A stretch of DNA of 32,925 bases from NCBI GenBank assembly GCA_037445395.1, contig JBBIKR010000020.1, forward strand, positions 16,098-49,022. The letters run 5' to 3'. Positions within the stretch are counted from its first letter, which is position 1. The number at the start of each line of letters is the position of its first letter. The stretch is from Thermoflexales bacterium. GTDB taxonomy: Bacteria > Chloroflexota > Anaerolineae > B4-G1 > DUEL01. The notes under the pieces were generated by a model. That model saw only the letters and a list, made by a program, of their open reading frames with translations, ran no database searches and was not told where the DNA came from. Below, one piece after another: positions 1 through 7,342 of this stretch. The translations under genes and the position numbers were made by a program.

Positions 1-115
1 GGGGGTGGGTGGGGGGGGGGGGTGGGGGGGCCCACCCACCCCCGCCGGGGGGCTGGGTTGGTGGGGGGGGGGGGGGGGGGCCCCCTGCGCCCGCCCGCCC
101 AACCCCCATACCCTC
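1..115. repeat. G/C homopolymer-rich low-complexity block (G-quadruplex-prone) at window edge
   Basis: G runs at 1-30 and 47-80, including an uninterrupted G18 at 63-80, alternate with C-rich blocks at 31-44 and 81-115. GGGTGGGTGGG and CCCACCCACCC form an inverted repeat. G3+ tracts with short spacers occur on both strands. Confidence 0.8.
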
Positions 116-169
116 CTCAGGCGCGACGCGCCTCGCAGGAGACCCGGCAAAAGCCCCACCAGCACGCGC

Positions 170-814
170 TTATACCGAATCCAGCAGGGCCAGGAATTCC
201 GCCAGGATGATGGCCGTCGCGCCCCAGATTTTGTAGCCGTGCACGGCGTAGTACGGGATCACCACCTCCAGCCCGGCCTGCTCCATTCGGTCCTCCCCGC
301 GGATGGCCGGGTCCCGGAACGTCGCCAGGGGCACTTCCAGGAGTTCTGCCACCTCCAGCGGGTCGGGCTGAAAGGCCGGGCGGCGCGGGGCAAGGGCGAC
401 AAAGGGATGGACCATGTTGTGGCTGGGCGGGATGTAGAGGGGGGTCAGCGGGCCCAGCACCTCTATCTCCCCGGCCGAAATCCCCAGTTCCTCCCGGGTC
501 TCCCGGAGCGCCGTCTCCATCAACGAGGCATCCCCCTCCTCCCACCCGCCGCCGGGAAAGGAGACCTGCCCGGCGTGATAGTCCAGATGGGCCGGGCGGA
601 CGGTAAAGACCAGGTGGAGGTGGCCCCCGACCGGGTACAGCAGGAGCAACACCCCGGCCTGGCGGGGCGTGGACCCCTCCGGAGGGTGGAAGGGGCGGGG
701 GCGAGGGGCCATGGTGACCTGAGCGGCCATCCCCGGCAACGGGCGTCGCATGGCGGCGCGGACCTCTGCCTCGCCCCACTCCGTCCTGTTAATCGCGCAG
801 CACATGGCGGGCAA
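170..814 (-). CDS. NUDIX hydrolase, CoA pyrophosphatase-like
   Basis: Nudix box visible: FPGGGWEEGDASLMETALRETREELGI (GX5EX7REUXEEXGU pattern). Size is about 200 aa. The start is uncertain: 814 overlaps the upstream gene by 26 nt, and in-frame alternatives exist at 751, 730 and 712. Confidence 0.8.
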   Translation of the reverse strand: MPAMCCAINRTEWGEAEVRAAMRRPLPGMAAQVTMAPRPRPFHPPEGSTPRQAGVLLLLYPVGGHLHLVFTVRPAHLDYHAGQVSFPGGGWEEGDASLMETALRETREELGISAGEIEVLGPLTPLYIPPSHNMVHPFVALAPRRPAFQPDPLEVAELLEVPLATFRDPAIRGEDRMEQAGLEVVIPYYAVHGYKIWGATAIILAEFLALLDSV

Positions 815-1931
815 TGACCAGGCGCTGGATTTCGTTCGTCCCCTCGCCGATGGCGCATAACCGCTGGTCCCGGTACATCCGCTCCACCGCGTACTCCCGG
901 ATGTAGCCGTAGCCGCCGTGAATCTGGATGGCCTTCCGGCAGACCCGTTCGGACATCTCGGTGGTGAACAATTTGGCCATAGCGGCCTCTTTGGTAAAGC
1001 GCACCCCCTTCGTGCGCATCAGGGCGGCCCGGTAGACCATCAGGCGGGCCGCATCAATTTCCGTTGCCATTTCGGCAATCATCCACTGGATGGCCTGGAA
1101 GTTGGCGATCGGCTGGCCGAACTGGACCCGTTGTTTGGCGTACGCCACGGAGCGCTCAAAGGCCCCCTGGGCCAGTCCCAGGGCCATCGCGGCAATGGCC
1201 ACCCGACCGGCATCCAGGGTGGTCAGGAACTGTTTGAACCCCTCGTTTTCTTTCCCCAGCAGGTTTTTCGCCGGAATGCGGCAGTCCTCAAAGAATAATT
1301 CTGAGGTGACGGAGCCCCTCAGCCCCATCTTCTTCTCATCCCGTCCGGGGCGGAACCCCGGCGTCCCCTTCTCCACGATGAAGGCGGAGATGCCCCGCGT
1401 GCCCGCCTCGGGGTCCGTCCTGGCGGTGAAGACGACCACATCGGCGACGGAGCCATTGGTGATGAAGCACTTTTGCCCGTTGATGACCCAGAAGTCGCCA
1501 TCCCGGACGGCGCGGGTGCGGGTGGCGCCCGCATCGGAGCCGGCCTGTGGCTCCGTCAGCCCGAAGGCGCCGATTTTCTCCCCGCGCGCCAGGGGCACCA
1601 GGTACTTCCGCTTCTGCTCCTCGGTGCCGAAGAGGTAGATGGGCTCGCAGCAGAGGGAGGTATGGGCGTCCAGGATAATCGCCATCGTGCCGGAGACACG
1701 GGCAATCTCCTCCAGGGCCAGGACCAGCGCAATGTAGTCGCCGCCGGAGCCGCCGTACTCCTCCGGGAACGGCAACCCCAGAATGCCCAGTTCCCCCATC
1801 CGGCGGAAGAGGTCTTCGGGGAAGCGGTCGGTTTCATCTATCTCCTCGGCGCGGGGAGCGATTTCCTTCTCGGCGAACTCCCGCACCATGCGCTGAATCA
1901 TGCGGTGTTCTTCGGAGAGTTCAAATTCCAT
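789..1931 (-). CDS. acyl-CoA dehydrogenase (short/medium-chain, butyryl-CoA dehydrogenase-like)
   Basis: 380 aa with typical ACAD N-terminus (MEFELSEEHRMIQRMVREFAEKEIAP...), GLTEPQAGSDA, and C-terminal IHGGYGY...YRDQRL..IGEGTNEIQRLVIAR. Confidence 0.93.
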   Translation of the reverse strand: MEFELSEEHRMIQRMVREFAEKEIAPRAEEIDETDRFPEDLFRRMGELGILGLPFPEEYGGSGGDYIALVLALEEIARVSGTMAIILDAHTSLCCEPIYLFGTEEQKRKYLVPLARGEKIGAFGLTEPQAGSDAGATRTRAVRDGDFWVINGQKCFITNGSVADVVVFTARTDPEAGTRGISAFIVEKGTPGFRPGRDEKKMGLRGSVTSELFFEDCRIPAKNLLGKENEGFKQFLTTLDAGRVAIAAMALGLAQGAFERSVAYAKQRVQFGQPIANFQAIQWMIAEMATEIDAARLMVYRAALMRTKGVRFTKEAAMAKLFTTEMSERVCRKAIQIHGGYGYIREYAVERMYRDQRLCAIGEGTNEIQRLVIARHVLRD

Positions 1932-1984
1932 CGTTGCACTCCTGCTGTGAAGGTTGGAGAATGGGAGCGGATCATCATGTCACT

Positions 1985-2030
1985 CAAAGACACAACGGCA
2001 CGAAGAAATCTTTGCGCCTTTGTGTCTTTG
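1985..2030. promoter_or_regulatory. 11-bp inverted repeat (CAAAGACACAA-N24-TTGTGTCTTTG) upstream of the acyl-CoA dehydrogenase gene; possible operator
   Basis: Perfect 11-bp arms at 1985-1995 and 2020-2030, in the relatively AT-rich 111-bp gap between the kinase stop (2043) and the ACAD start (1931). No U-tract follows, so it is not a classic terminator. Confidence 0.3.
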
Positions 2031-2042
2031 TGTGAGATACCC

Positions 2043-3278
2043 TCACCGGTCCGGAGTGGAGAGGGGGAGGCGGACGTAGAAGCGGCTGCCCTCGCCCGGC
2101 GTGCTTTCCGCCCACACCCGTCCGCCGTGCCGTTCCACCAGTTCTTTGACGATGGAAAGCCCCAGTCCCAATCCCCCATAGCGGCGGGTCATCGGGTCTT
2201 CCGCCTGATAGAACCGTTCAAATATCCGTGGGAGTGCTTCGGGTGGGATGCCGATTCCCGTATCGGCCACAACGATTTCGGCCATTTCGGGCCGGCAAAC
2301 CGCGCGCACCTCCACCCGTCCCCCCTGAGGAGTGAACTTCACCGCATTGGAGAGCAGGTTGTCCAGCACCAGGCGGATCTTCTCCCGGTCCGCCCGGACA
2401 ATGAGCGGCGTCTCCGGAAGGACGCACTCTATGGTCAGTGCGCTGGCCTCTGCCAGGGAGCGGTAGGTCTCGCAGGCCAGAGCGACCTCCTCCCGGAGGT
2501 CAAACACTTCCCGGTAGAGCACCATCTCTCCGGTTTCCAGGTAGCGCAGGTTCAACATCGTCTCAATGATGTTCTTCAGACGGGTCGCTGCGCGCAGGAC
2601 TCCCTCCAGTTCCCGACCCCCGGTACCCTGTTGCTGAAGCAGAGAGGCGTAACCCAGAACCAGGCTGAGCGGCGTCCGAAGTTCGTGGGACGCGATGGCG
2701 ATGAAGTCCGACTTGAGCCGGTCCAATTCTCCCAATTTCCGGTAGGCGGCCCGCAGCGCTTCCACCAGGCGGGCATTCTCAATGGCGACGGTCGCCTGCG
2801 CCGCCAGCGCGGTCAGGATTTCCGTGTCCTCCTGAGTGAAACCGCCCGGGTCCCGTTTGTTGACGGCTTCCAGCACCCCGATGCAGCGATCCCGGGCCTG
2901 AAGCGGGACCGCCAGAAGGGAACGGGTCTGAAACCCCGTCTGCAGGCCGACCTGGCGGAAATGGCGGGGGTCGGTTGTCGCGTTGGTCACGATGAGGGGC
3001 TGCCGGTCGGTCAACACTTTGCCCGCGATGGAGCCGTGCACAGGCACGGGAATCTCCTTTAGACGGGCGCTCATCTGTGGGTCGGCCGCCGTACAGAAGC
3101 GCAGGTCGCCGCTCCGCTCATCCAGCAGGAGGATAGACGCCCCCTCGCTGTCGGTCAGTTCGGCGGCGGTGGAGACAATACGGTCCAGCAGGGGGCTCAA
3201 CTCTACCGTGGAGACCAGTTCCAGATTGACTTCCAGGATGCGCTCCAGTTGCCGCAACCGTTTTTCTGTAGAATTCAT
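2043..3278 (-). CDS. GAF-domain sensor histidine kinase
   Basis: N-terminal GAF-like region, H-box SHELRTPLS, and an HATPase_c region (DNLLSNAVKFTP..., DTGIGIP, GGLGLGLSIVK). GAGGAGG RBS upstream of the ATG. No adjacent response regulator. Confidence 0.9.
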   Translation of the reverse strand: MNSTEKRLRQLERILEVNLELVSTVELSPLLDRIVSTAAELTDSEGASILLLDERSGDLRFCTAADPQMSARLKEIPVPVHGSIAGKVLTDRQPLIVTNATTDPRHFRQVGLQTGFQTRSLLAVPLQARDRCIGVLEAVNKRDPGGFTQEDTEILTALAAQATVAIENARLVEALRAAYRKLGELDRLKSDFIAIASHELRTPLSLVLGYASLLQQQGTGGRELEGVLRAATRLKNIIETMLNLRYLETGEMVLYREVFDLREEVALACETYRSLAEASALTIECVLPETPLIVRADREKIRLVLDNLLSNAVKFTPQGGRVEVRAVCRPEMAEIVVADTGIGIPPEALPRIFERFYQAEDPMTRRYGGLGLGLSIVKELVERHGGRVWAESTPGEGSRFYVRLPLSTPDR

Positions 3279-3331
3279 GGGCCCTCCTCAGCCCGAAGGG
3301 ATGGGGACGTTGCGGCAGCGTTGCAGAATCA

Positions 3332-4531
3332 TCAGCGTGTCTCTTGAGGAAACGGAGACGTGAAGTGAACCCAGACCGGCGTGCCCACATCGGCCCAATC
3401 GTAGAGCCAGCGGGCGTCCCGGGGAGCCAGGTTCACACACCCGTGACTGCGGGTAAACCCGAAGGAATCGTGCCAGTAGGCGCCGTGGAGCGCGTACGGC
3501 CCGTTGAAATACATCGTCCAGGGCACGTCCTCCAGGTAGTACCAGGCGGGACTCCCGTCCCTCGCGTCGGGGTTGCTCATCTTGGCGGCGGGGAACTTAC
3601 CCCAGATGCGAAACAGCCCGGACGGCGTCCAGGTGGAGCCGGGTCGGCCGCTGGAGATCAACGTGGCGTAGACCATCCGCTCCCCTTCGTACGCCGCCAG
3701 CGTCTGCTCAAAGAGGTCCACCTCTACCCACCGCGCGCCCGGCGGCACCCCGGCAGGCGGCGGGTCCACCGTCACTCTGGAAATGTACTTCTGCTCCACC
3801 CACTGGTCGGGGCCGATGAGATACCACAGTTCCTCCGGCGCCCGGAACTCCTGGGCATAGATGGTGACGACCTGATAGCGCTGGTACAGCGGCGCGGCGT
3901 CATCCGGTGGCCCCTGGGGGACGCGGGAGGGGCGCACGGGACGGTTGATCCAGCCGAAGGGATACAACGGCTGTTCCGAGAGGTACACTCCCTGGAAACG
4001 GGAGGGGCGGCCGAACGCCAGGGCATCGGCGGGGACGAACTCGTCCGCATTGATCTGAATCCATGTCTGCCCCTCGTACTCCACCCGACCCACCACACTG
4101 ACCCACTGGTCGCCGGAGTAGAGGACCCGCACCGGCGGCAGGCCCAGCGCGGCCTCCATCGGGTGGCGGTAGATTTCCAGGGGGAGGCGGCGGACGTAGG
4201 CGTAGGTGTACGGGACCACCTCCTCTTCGGGGTCGGGCTTCAGTTCCACCACCGGCAGTTCCGGGAGGGGGTTGGGGAGACGGATGTGGGCGACCCGGTA
4301 GGCGGTGGCGCCGGGGCCGTACTCGGGACAGGCCGCCCGCCAGCGCCAGAGCCGCCCGGGCGTGCAGACGATGTCGCTCACCTCAACCCCGGGGACAGAG
4401 GGAGAGAGCAGGGCACGCGGCATCTCCCGCGCGAAAGACGCGAAAAGCGCGAAAGACACGAAAGACGCGAAAGACACGAAAGGTGCGAAAAGACGCAAGG
4501 GTTCCCCCATACTCCATACTCCGTACTCCAT
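3332..4531 (-). CDS. L,D-transpeptidase (YkuD domain) with repeat-encoded hydrophobic N-terminus
   Basis: C-terminal YkuD signature: ...LHGAYWHDSFGFTRSHGCVNLAPRDARWLYDW. The start is ambiguous: ATG 4531, ATG 4510, ATG 4423, or TTG 4576. Starts at 4531 or 4510 keep a signal-peptide-like segment, LFAPFVSFASFVSFALFASFA, which is expected for an exported enzyme. Confidence 0.8.
   Translation of the reverse strand: MEYGVWSMGEPLRLFAPFVSFASFVSFALFASFAREMPRALLSPSVPGVEVSDIVCTPGRLWRWRAACPEYGPGATAYRVAHIRLPNPLPELPVVELKPDPEEEVVPYTYAYVRRLPLEIYRHPMEAALGLPPVRVLYSGDQWVSVVGRVEYEGQTWIQINADEFVPADALAFGRPSRFQGVYLSEQPLYPFGWINRPVRPSRVPQGPPDDAAPLYQRYQVVTIYAQEFRAPEELWYLIGPDQWVEQKYISRVTVDPPPAGVPPGARWVEVDLFEQTLAAYEGERMVYATLISSGRPGSTWTPSGLFRIWGKFPAAKMSNPDARDGSPAWYYLEDVPWTMYFNGPYALHGAYWHDSFGFTRSHGCVNLAPRDARWLYDWADVGTPVWVHFTSPFPQETR
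4429..4500. repeat. Tandem 9-nt repeat (CGCGAAAGA-like, about 8 units)
   Basis: cgcgaaaga/cgcgaaaag/cgcgaaaga/cacgaaaga/cgcgaaaga/cacgaaagg/tgcgaaaaga... read directly. On the minus strand it is in frame with the L,D-transpeptidase ORF and encodes the F-[VA]-S periodic peptide. Confidence 0.85.
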
Positions 4532-4544
4532 ACTCCGTACTCCC
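4510..4544. repeat. Tandem heptamer repeat (RTACTCC x5; minus strand GGAGTAY)
   Basis: atactcc atactcc gtactcc atactcc gtactcc. On the minus strand each unit supplies GGAG, and some units supply ATG (ggagtATGgagt). Confidence 0.85.
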
Positions 4545-4653
4545 CCAAGTATAGGTTGACTTTCTCCACTTGTCAAATGGCGCGTTTGGAAGTATCATCT
4601 TTTACAACGCCCGCTGCAAAATTCGGGGATGGGCGAACGAGTACTTGACCGCA

Positions 4654-4835
4654 GTGAATTCTGGTGATATGGCTTAGCCGCTGTAGCGCAGGATTCATCC
4701 TGCGTTGGATGGATCCTGCATTGGGGCAGGAAGCCACGCGGAACAGGATACATCCTGGACTGCAAGGTGAATTCTGGTCGTCTGGTTTGGCCCTATGGGC
4801 AGCAGCGTTAACACCAAAAATCAGTGGGGTGAAAT
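4654..4835 (+). repeat. Interspersed about 130-180-nt element, copy 1, immediately upstream of plsX
   Basis: 4707-4835 aligns by hand with the reverse complement of 30412-30540 at roughly 108 of 129 positions. Identical blocks include aaggtgaattctggt, gtctggtttggccc and taacaccaaaaatcag. It contains three GGAT-N-ATCC palindromes and an internal 12-nt direct repeat, gtgaattctggt, at 4654 and 4767. Confidence 0.6.
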
Positions 4836-4859
4836 ACGAGGCCGAGGAGGAGGAAAAAT

Positions 4860-5912
4860 ATGCGCATCGTTCTGGACGCGATGGGCTCCGATGGCCGGCC
4901 GGTGCCGGACGTTGCCGGGGGGGTTCTGGCGGCGCGGGAATGGGGCGACGAGATCATCCTGGTCGGCCCCGAGGAGGTGGTGCGGGCCGAACTGGCCAAA
5001 CACGACACCGCGGGCCTCCCCATCACCGTCGTCCATGCCCCCGAAGTGATAGAAATGCACGAGCACACCGACGCGGTGAAGCGCAAGCGGGATTCCTCCA
5101 TCCGCGTTGGCATGCGAATGGTGCGGGACGGTCAGGCCGACGCCTTCGTCTCCGCCGGGAACACCGCGGCGGTGCTGGCATCGGCCATCTTTGACCTGGG
5201 CCGCATTCGGGGCATCCAACGGCCCGCGCTGGCGACCATTTACCCGGTCGCCCCGAACCCTGTCCTCCTGCTGGATAACGGTGCCACCGCCGACTGCAAG
5301 CCGGAATACCTCCTCCAGTTCGCCCGGATGGGCGTCGCCTACGTGGAGCGGGTCTGGGGCATCTCCAACCCCCGGGTGGGACTGGTCTCCAACGGCGAGG
5401 AGCCGGATAAGGGGAATATGCTGGTGCGGGATACGTACGCCCTGCTGGCCCGGAGCGACCTGAATTTCGTGGGCAATGTGGAGCCCAAAGAGGTCACCCG
5501 GGGCGCCGCTGATGTGGTCCTCACCGACGGCTTCACCGGCAACGTGATGCTGAAGACGACGGAGGCCATCGCGTCGTTCCTCTTCCGTTTCCTGCGGCGG
5601 GAGTTGACCGGGGGCACGTTGAACAAGGTCGCGCTGGTGCTGCTGCTACCGGGACTGGTGGCGATGTTGCCCGGGCTGGCGCTGCTGGTGCCCTCTCTGC
5701 GGCGGGTGGCGAAGCGGCTGGACTACGCCGAGTACGGCGGCGCGCTGCTGATGGGGGTGGACGGAGTGGTCATCATCGGGCACGGACGCTCCAACGCCAA
5801 AGCGGTGAAGAACGCCGTCGGGCAGGCCCGGCGGGCAGTGATGAGCAATGTCCTGGAAGCCGTGCGCGCGGGGGCATCCCAGGCCGTCCCCGAAGGAGAA
5901 GGGGAAGAATGA
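4860..5912 (+). CDS. plsX: phosphate acyltransferase PlsX
   Basis: 350 aa. MRIVLDAMGSD..., ...DAFVSAGNTAA..., ...GVDGVVIIGHGRSNAKAVKNAV. Strong GAGGAGGAGG RBS. The stop overlaps the fabF start (ATGA at 5909-5912). Confidence 0.93.
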   Translation: MRIVLDAMGSDGRPVPDVAGGVLAAREWGDEIILVGPEEVVRAELAKHDTAGLPITVVHAPEVIEMHEHTDAVKRKRDSSIRVGMRMVRDGQADAFVSAGNTAAVLASAIFDLGRIRGIQRPALATIYPVAPNPVLLLDNGATADCKPEYLLQFARMGVAYVERVWGISNPRVGLVSNGEEPDKGNMLVRDTYALLARSDLNFVGNVEPKEVTRGAADVVLTDGFTGNVMLKTTEAIASFLFRFLRRELTGGTLNKVALVLLLPGLVAMLPGLALLVPSLRRVAKRLDYAEYGGALLMGVDGVVIIGHGRSNAKAVKNAVGQARRAVMSNVLEAVRAGASQAVPEGEGEE

Positions 5913-7147
5913 GCCGGCCGCGTGTGGTCGTCACCGGCGTGGGCGCGGTCACCCCGCTGGGACTGACCGCCGAGGAGACCTGGCAGGGGCTGCTGGCGGG
6001 CCGCTCTGGCATCGGCCCCATCACCCAGTTTGACCCCTCCCACCTGCCGGTGCGCATCGCCGGGGAGGTAAAGGGGTTTGACCCGGCCCGCTATATGCCC
6101 TTCAAAGAGGCGCGGCGCGTGTCCCGCGCCTCCCAACTGGCCCTGGCGGCGGCACAGGAGGCACTGGCGATGGCAGGACTCACGCCGCCGCTGGGGGAAC
6201 GGGCCGGAGTCGTCATCGGCACCGGCATCGGTGGGCTGGAGTGGGCCTTTGCCCAGGCGCGTATCCTCTGGGAGCGGGGCTGGGAGCGGGTCAGCCCGTT
6301 CGCCATCACGGCCTCGCTGGCGAATATGCCCTCCCACCACATCAGCGAGTGGGCACAGGCGCTGGGGCCGATTCTGACCCCTGTCACTGCGTGTGCGGCC
6401 GGGACCCAGGCGGTGGGGGAGGGAGCGGAGGTCATCCGGCGCGGCGCCGCCGATGTGGTCATCGCCGGAGGGGTGGAGGGGTTCGTCCATGAGGTCGCCA
6501 TCGCGGGTTTCGCGGCCATGCGGGCCATCTCCACCCGCAACGACGAGCCCCAGCGGGCCAGCCGCCCCTTTGACGCGCAGCGGGACGGATTTGTGCTGGC
6601 AGAAGGGGCGGGCGTCCTGGTCCTGGAGCGCCTGGAGCACGCACAGGCGCGCGGCGCGCCCATCCTGGCAGAAGTGGTGGGATGGTCCTCATCGTCGGAC
6701 GGGTTTCACGTGGCCCAGCCGGACCCGGAGGGGCAGGGGGCGATGCGGGCGATGCGCTGGGCGCTGCAGGACGCGGGGGTGCAACCCGAGGAAGTGAACT
6801 ACATCAACGCCCACGGCACGGCGACCCCCCTCAACGATGTGGTGGAGACGCGGGCCATCAAGGGGGTCTTCGGCCCCCACGCCTATCAGGTCCCCATCAG
6901 CGCCACCAAGTCCATGACCGGCCACGCGATGGGCGGGTCGGGGGCCATAGAGGCGGTGGTCTGCGTGATGACGCTGCGGGACCAGGTCATCCATCCGACC
7001 GTCAACCTGGAGGAGCCGGACCCGGAGTGCGACCTGGACTACGTCCCCGGGCAGGCCCGCCGGGCCCGGGTGCGGGTGGTGCTCTCTAACTCCTTCGGGT
7101 TGGGAGGACAGAACGCCTGTCTGGTCCTCCGGGCCTGGGAGGAGTAG
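5909..7147 (+). CDS. fabF: beta-ketoacyl-ACP synthase II
   Basis: 412 aa. Active-site context ...VTACAAGTQAVGEG..., the two His motifs INAHGTATPLND and TKSMTGHAMGGSGA, and C-terminal SNSFGLGGQNACLV. Confidence 0.93.
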   Translation: MSRPRVVVTGVGAVTPLGLTAEETWQGLLAGRSGIGPITQFDPSHLPVRIAGEVKGFDPARYMPFKEARRVSRASQLALAAAQEALAMAGLTPPLGERAGVVIGTGIGGLEWAFAQARILWERGWERVSPFAITASLANMPSHHISEWAQALGPILTPVTACAAGTQAVGEGAEVIRRGAADVVIAGGVEGFVHEVAIAGFAAMRAISTRNDEPQRASRPFDAQRDGFVLAEGAGVLVLERLEHAQARGAPILAEVVGWSSSSDGFHVAQPDPEGQGAMRAMRWALQDAGVQPEEVNYINAHGTATPLNDVVETRAIKGVFGPHAYQVPISATKSMTGHAMGGSGAIEAVVCVMTLRDQVIHPTVNLEEPDPECDLDYVPGQARRARVRVVLSNSFGLGGQNACLVLRAWEE

Positions 7148-7151
7148 AAAC

Positions 7152-7178
7152 CACGGATTGCACGGATGACACAGATAG
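7152..7178. repeat. Tandem 9-nt repeat (CACGGATTG / CACGGATGA / CACAGATAG)
   Basis: Three consecutive related nonamers directly after the fabF stop. Confidence 0.7.
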
Positions 7179-7191
7179 GACTTACGCACCT

Positions 7192-7281
7192 GGAGATTGC
7201 TTCGGCACTTCGTGCCTCGCAATGACATCTTCCCGAGCCCGAAAAGGTCATTGCGAGCGGCGAAGCCGCGAAGCAATCCCC
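7192..7281. repeat. Inverted pair of 'cattgcgag...gaagcaatc' palindromic units (REP/MITE-like)
   Basis: Unit at 7192-7226, ggagattgcttcg-gcacttcgtgc-ctcgcaatgac, and unit at 7247-7281, gtcattgcgag-cggcgaagccgc-gaagcaatcccc. Each has an internal GC hairpin. The same family recurs at 30610-30695. Confidence 0.8.
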
Positions 7282-7342
7282 TCACTGAAGCCCAACTGCG
7301 TAACTCCTAACAGATTTCAGGTTTGCCCATTCGGGAGGATTG

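Noticed and set aside
5-858. Several overlapping ORFs (5..817 +, 117..779 -, 520..858 -, 9..236 +, 22..210 +)
   Set aside because: They are alternative frames of the NUDIX gene region or translations of the poly-G/poly-C block (Gly/Pro runs). Only the 170..814 minus frame shows a Nudix box.
4664-5194. Shared peptide 'TPKIS.VK' between ORF 4664..5194 and the 5' extension of ORF 29543..30460, suggesting a conserved small coding region
   Set aside because: The similarity follows from nucleotide identity of the repeat element. In copy 1 the frame is out of phase with plsX and continues as an overlapping shadow ORF. In copy 2 a lipoprotein signal peptide begins only at the internal ATG 30388.
5723-7285. 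Minus-strand ORFs 5723..6640, 6091..6663 and 6689..7285
   Set aside because: They are antisense to plsX and fabF, or run through the cattgcgag repeat. Composition is typical of shadow frames.
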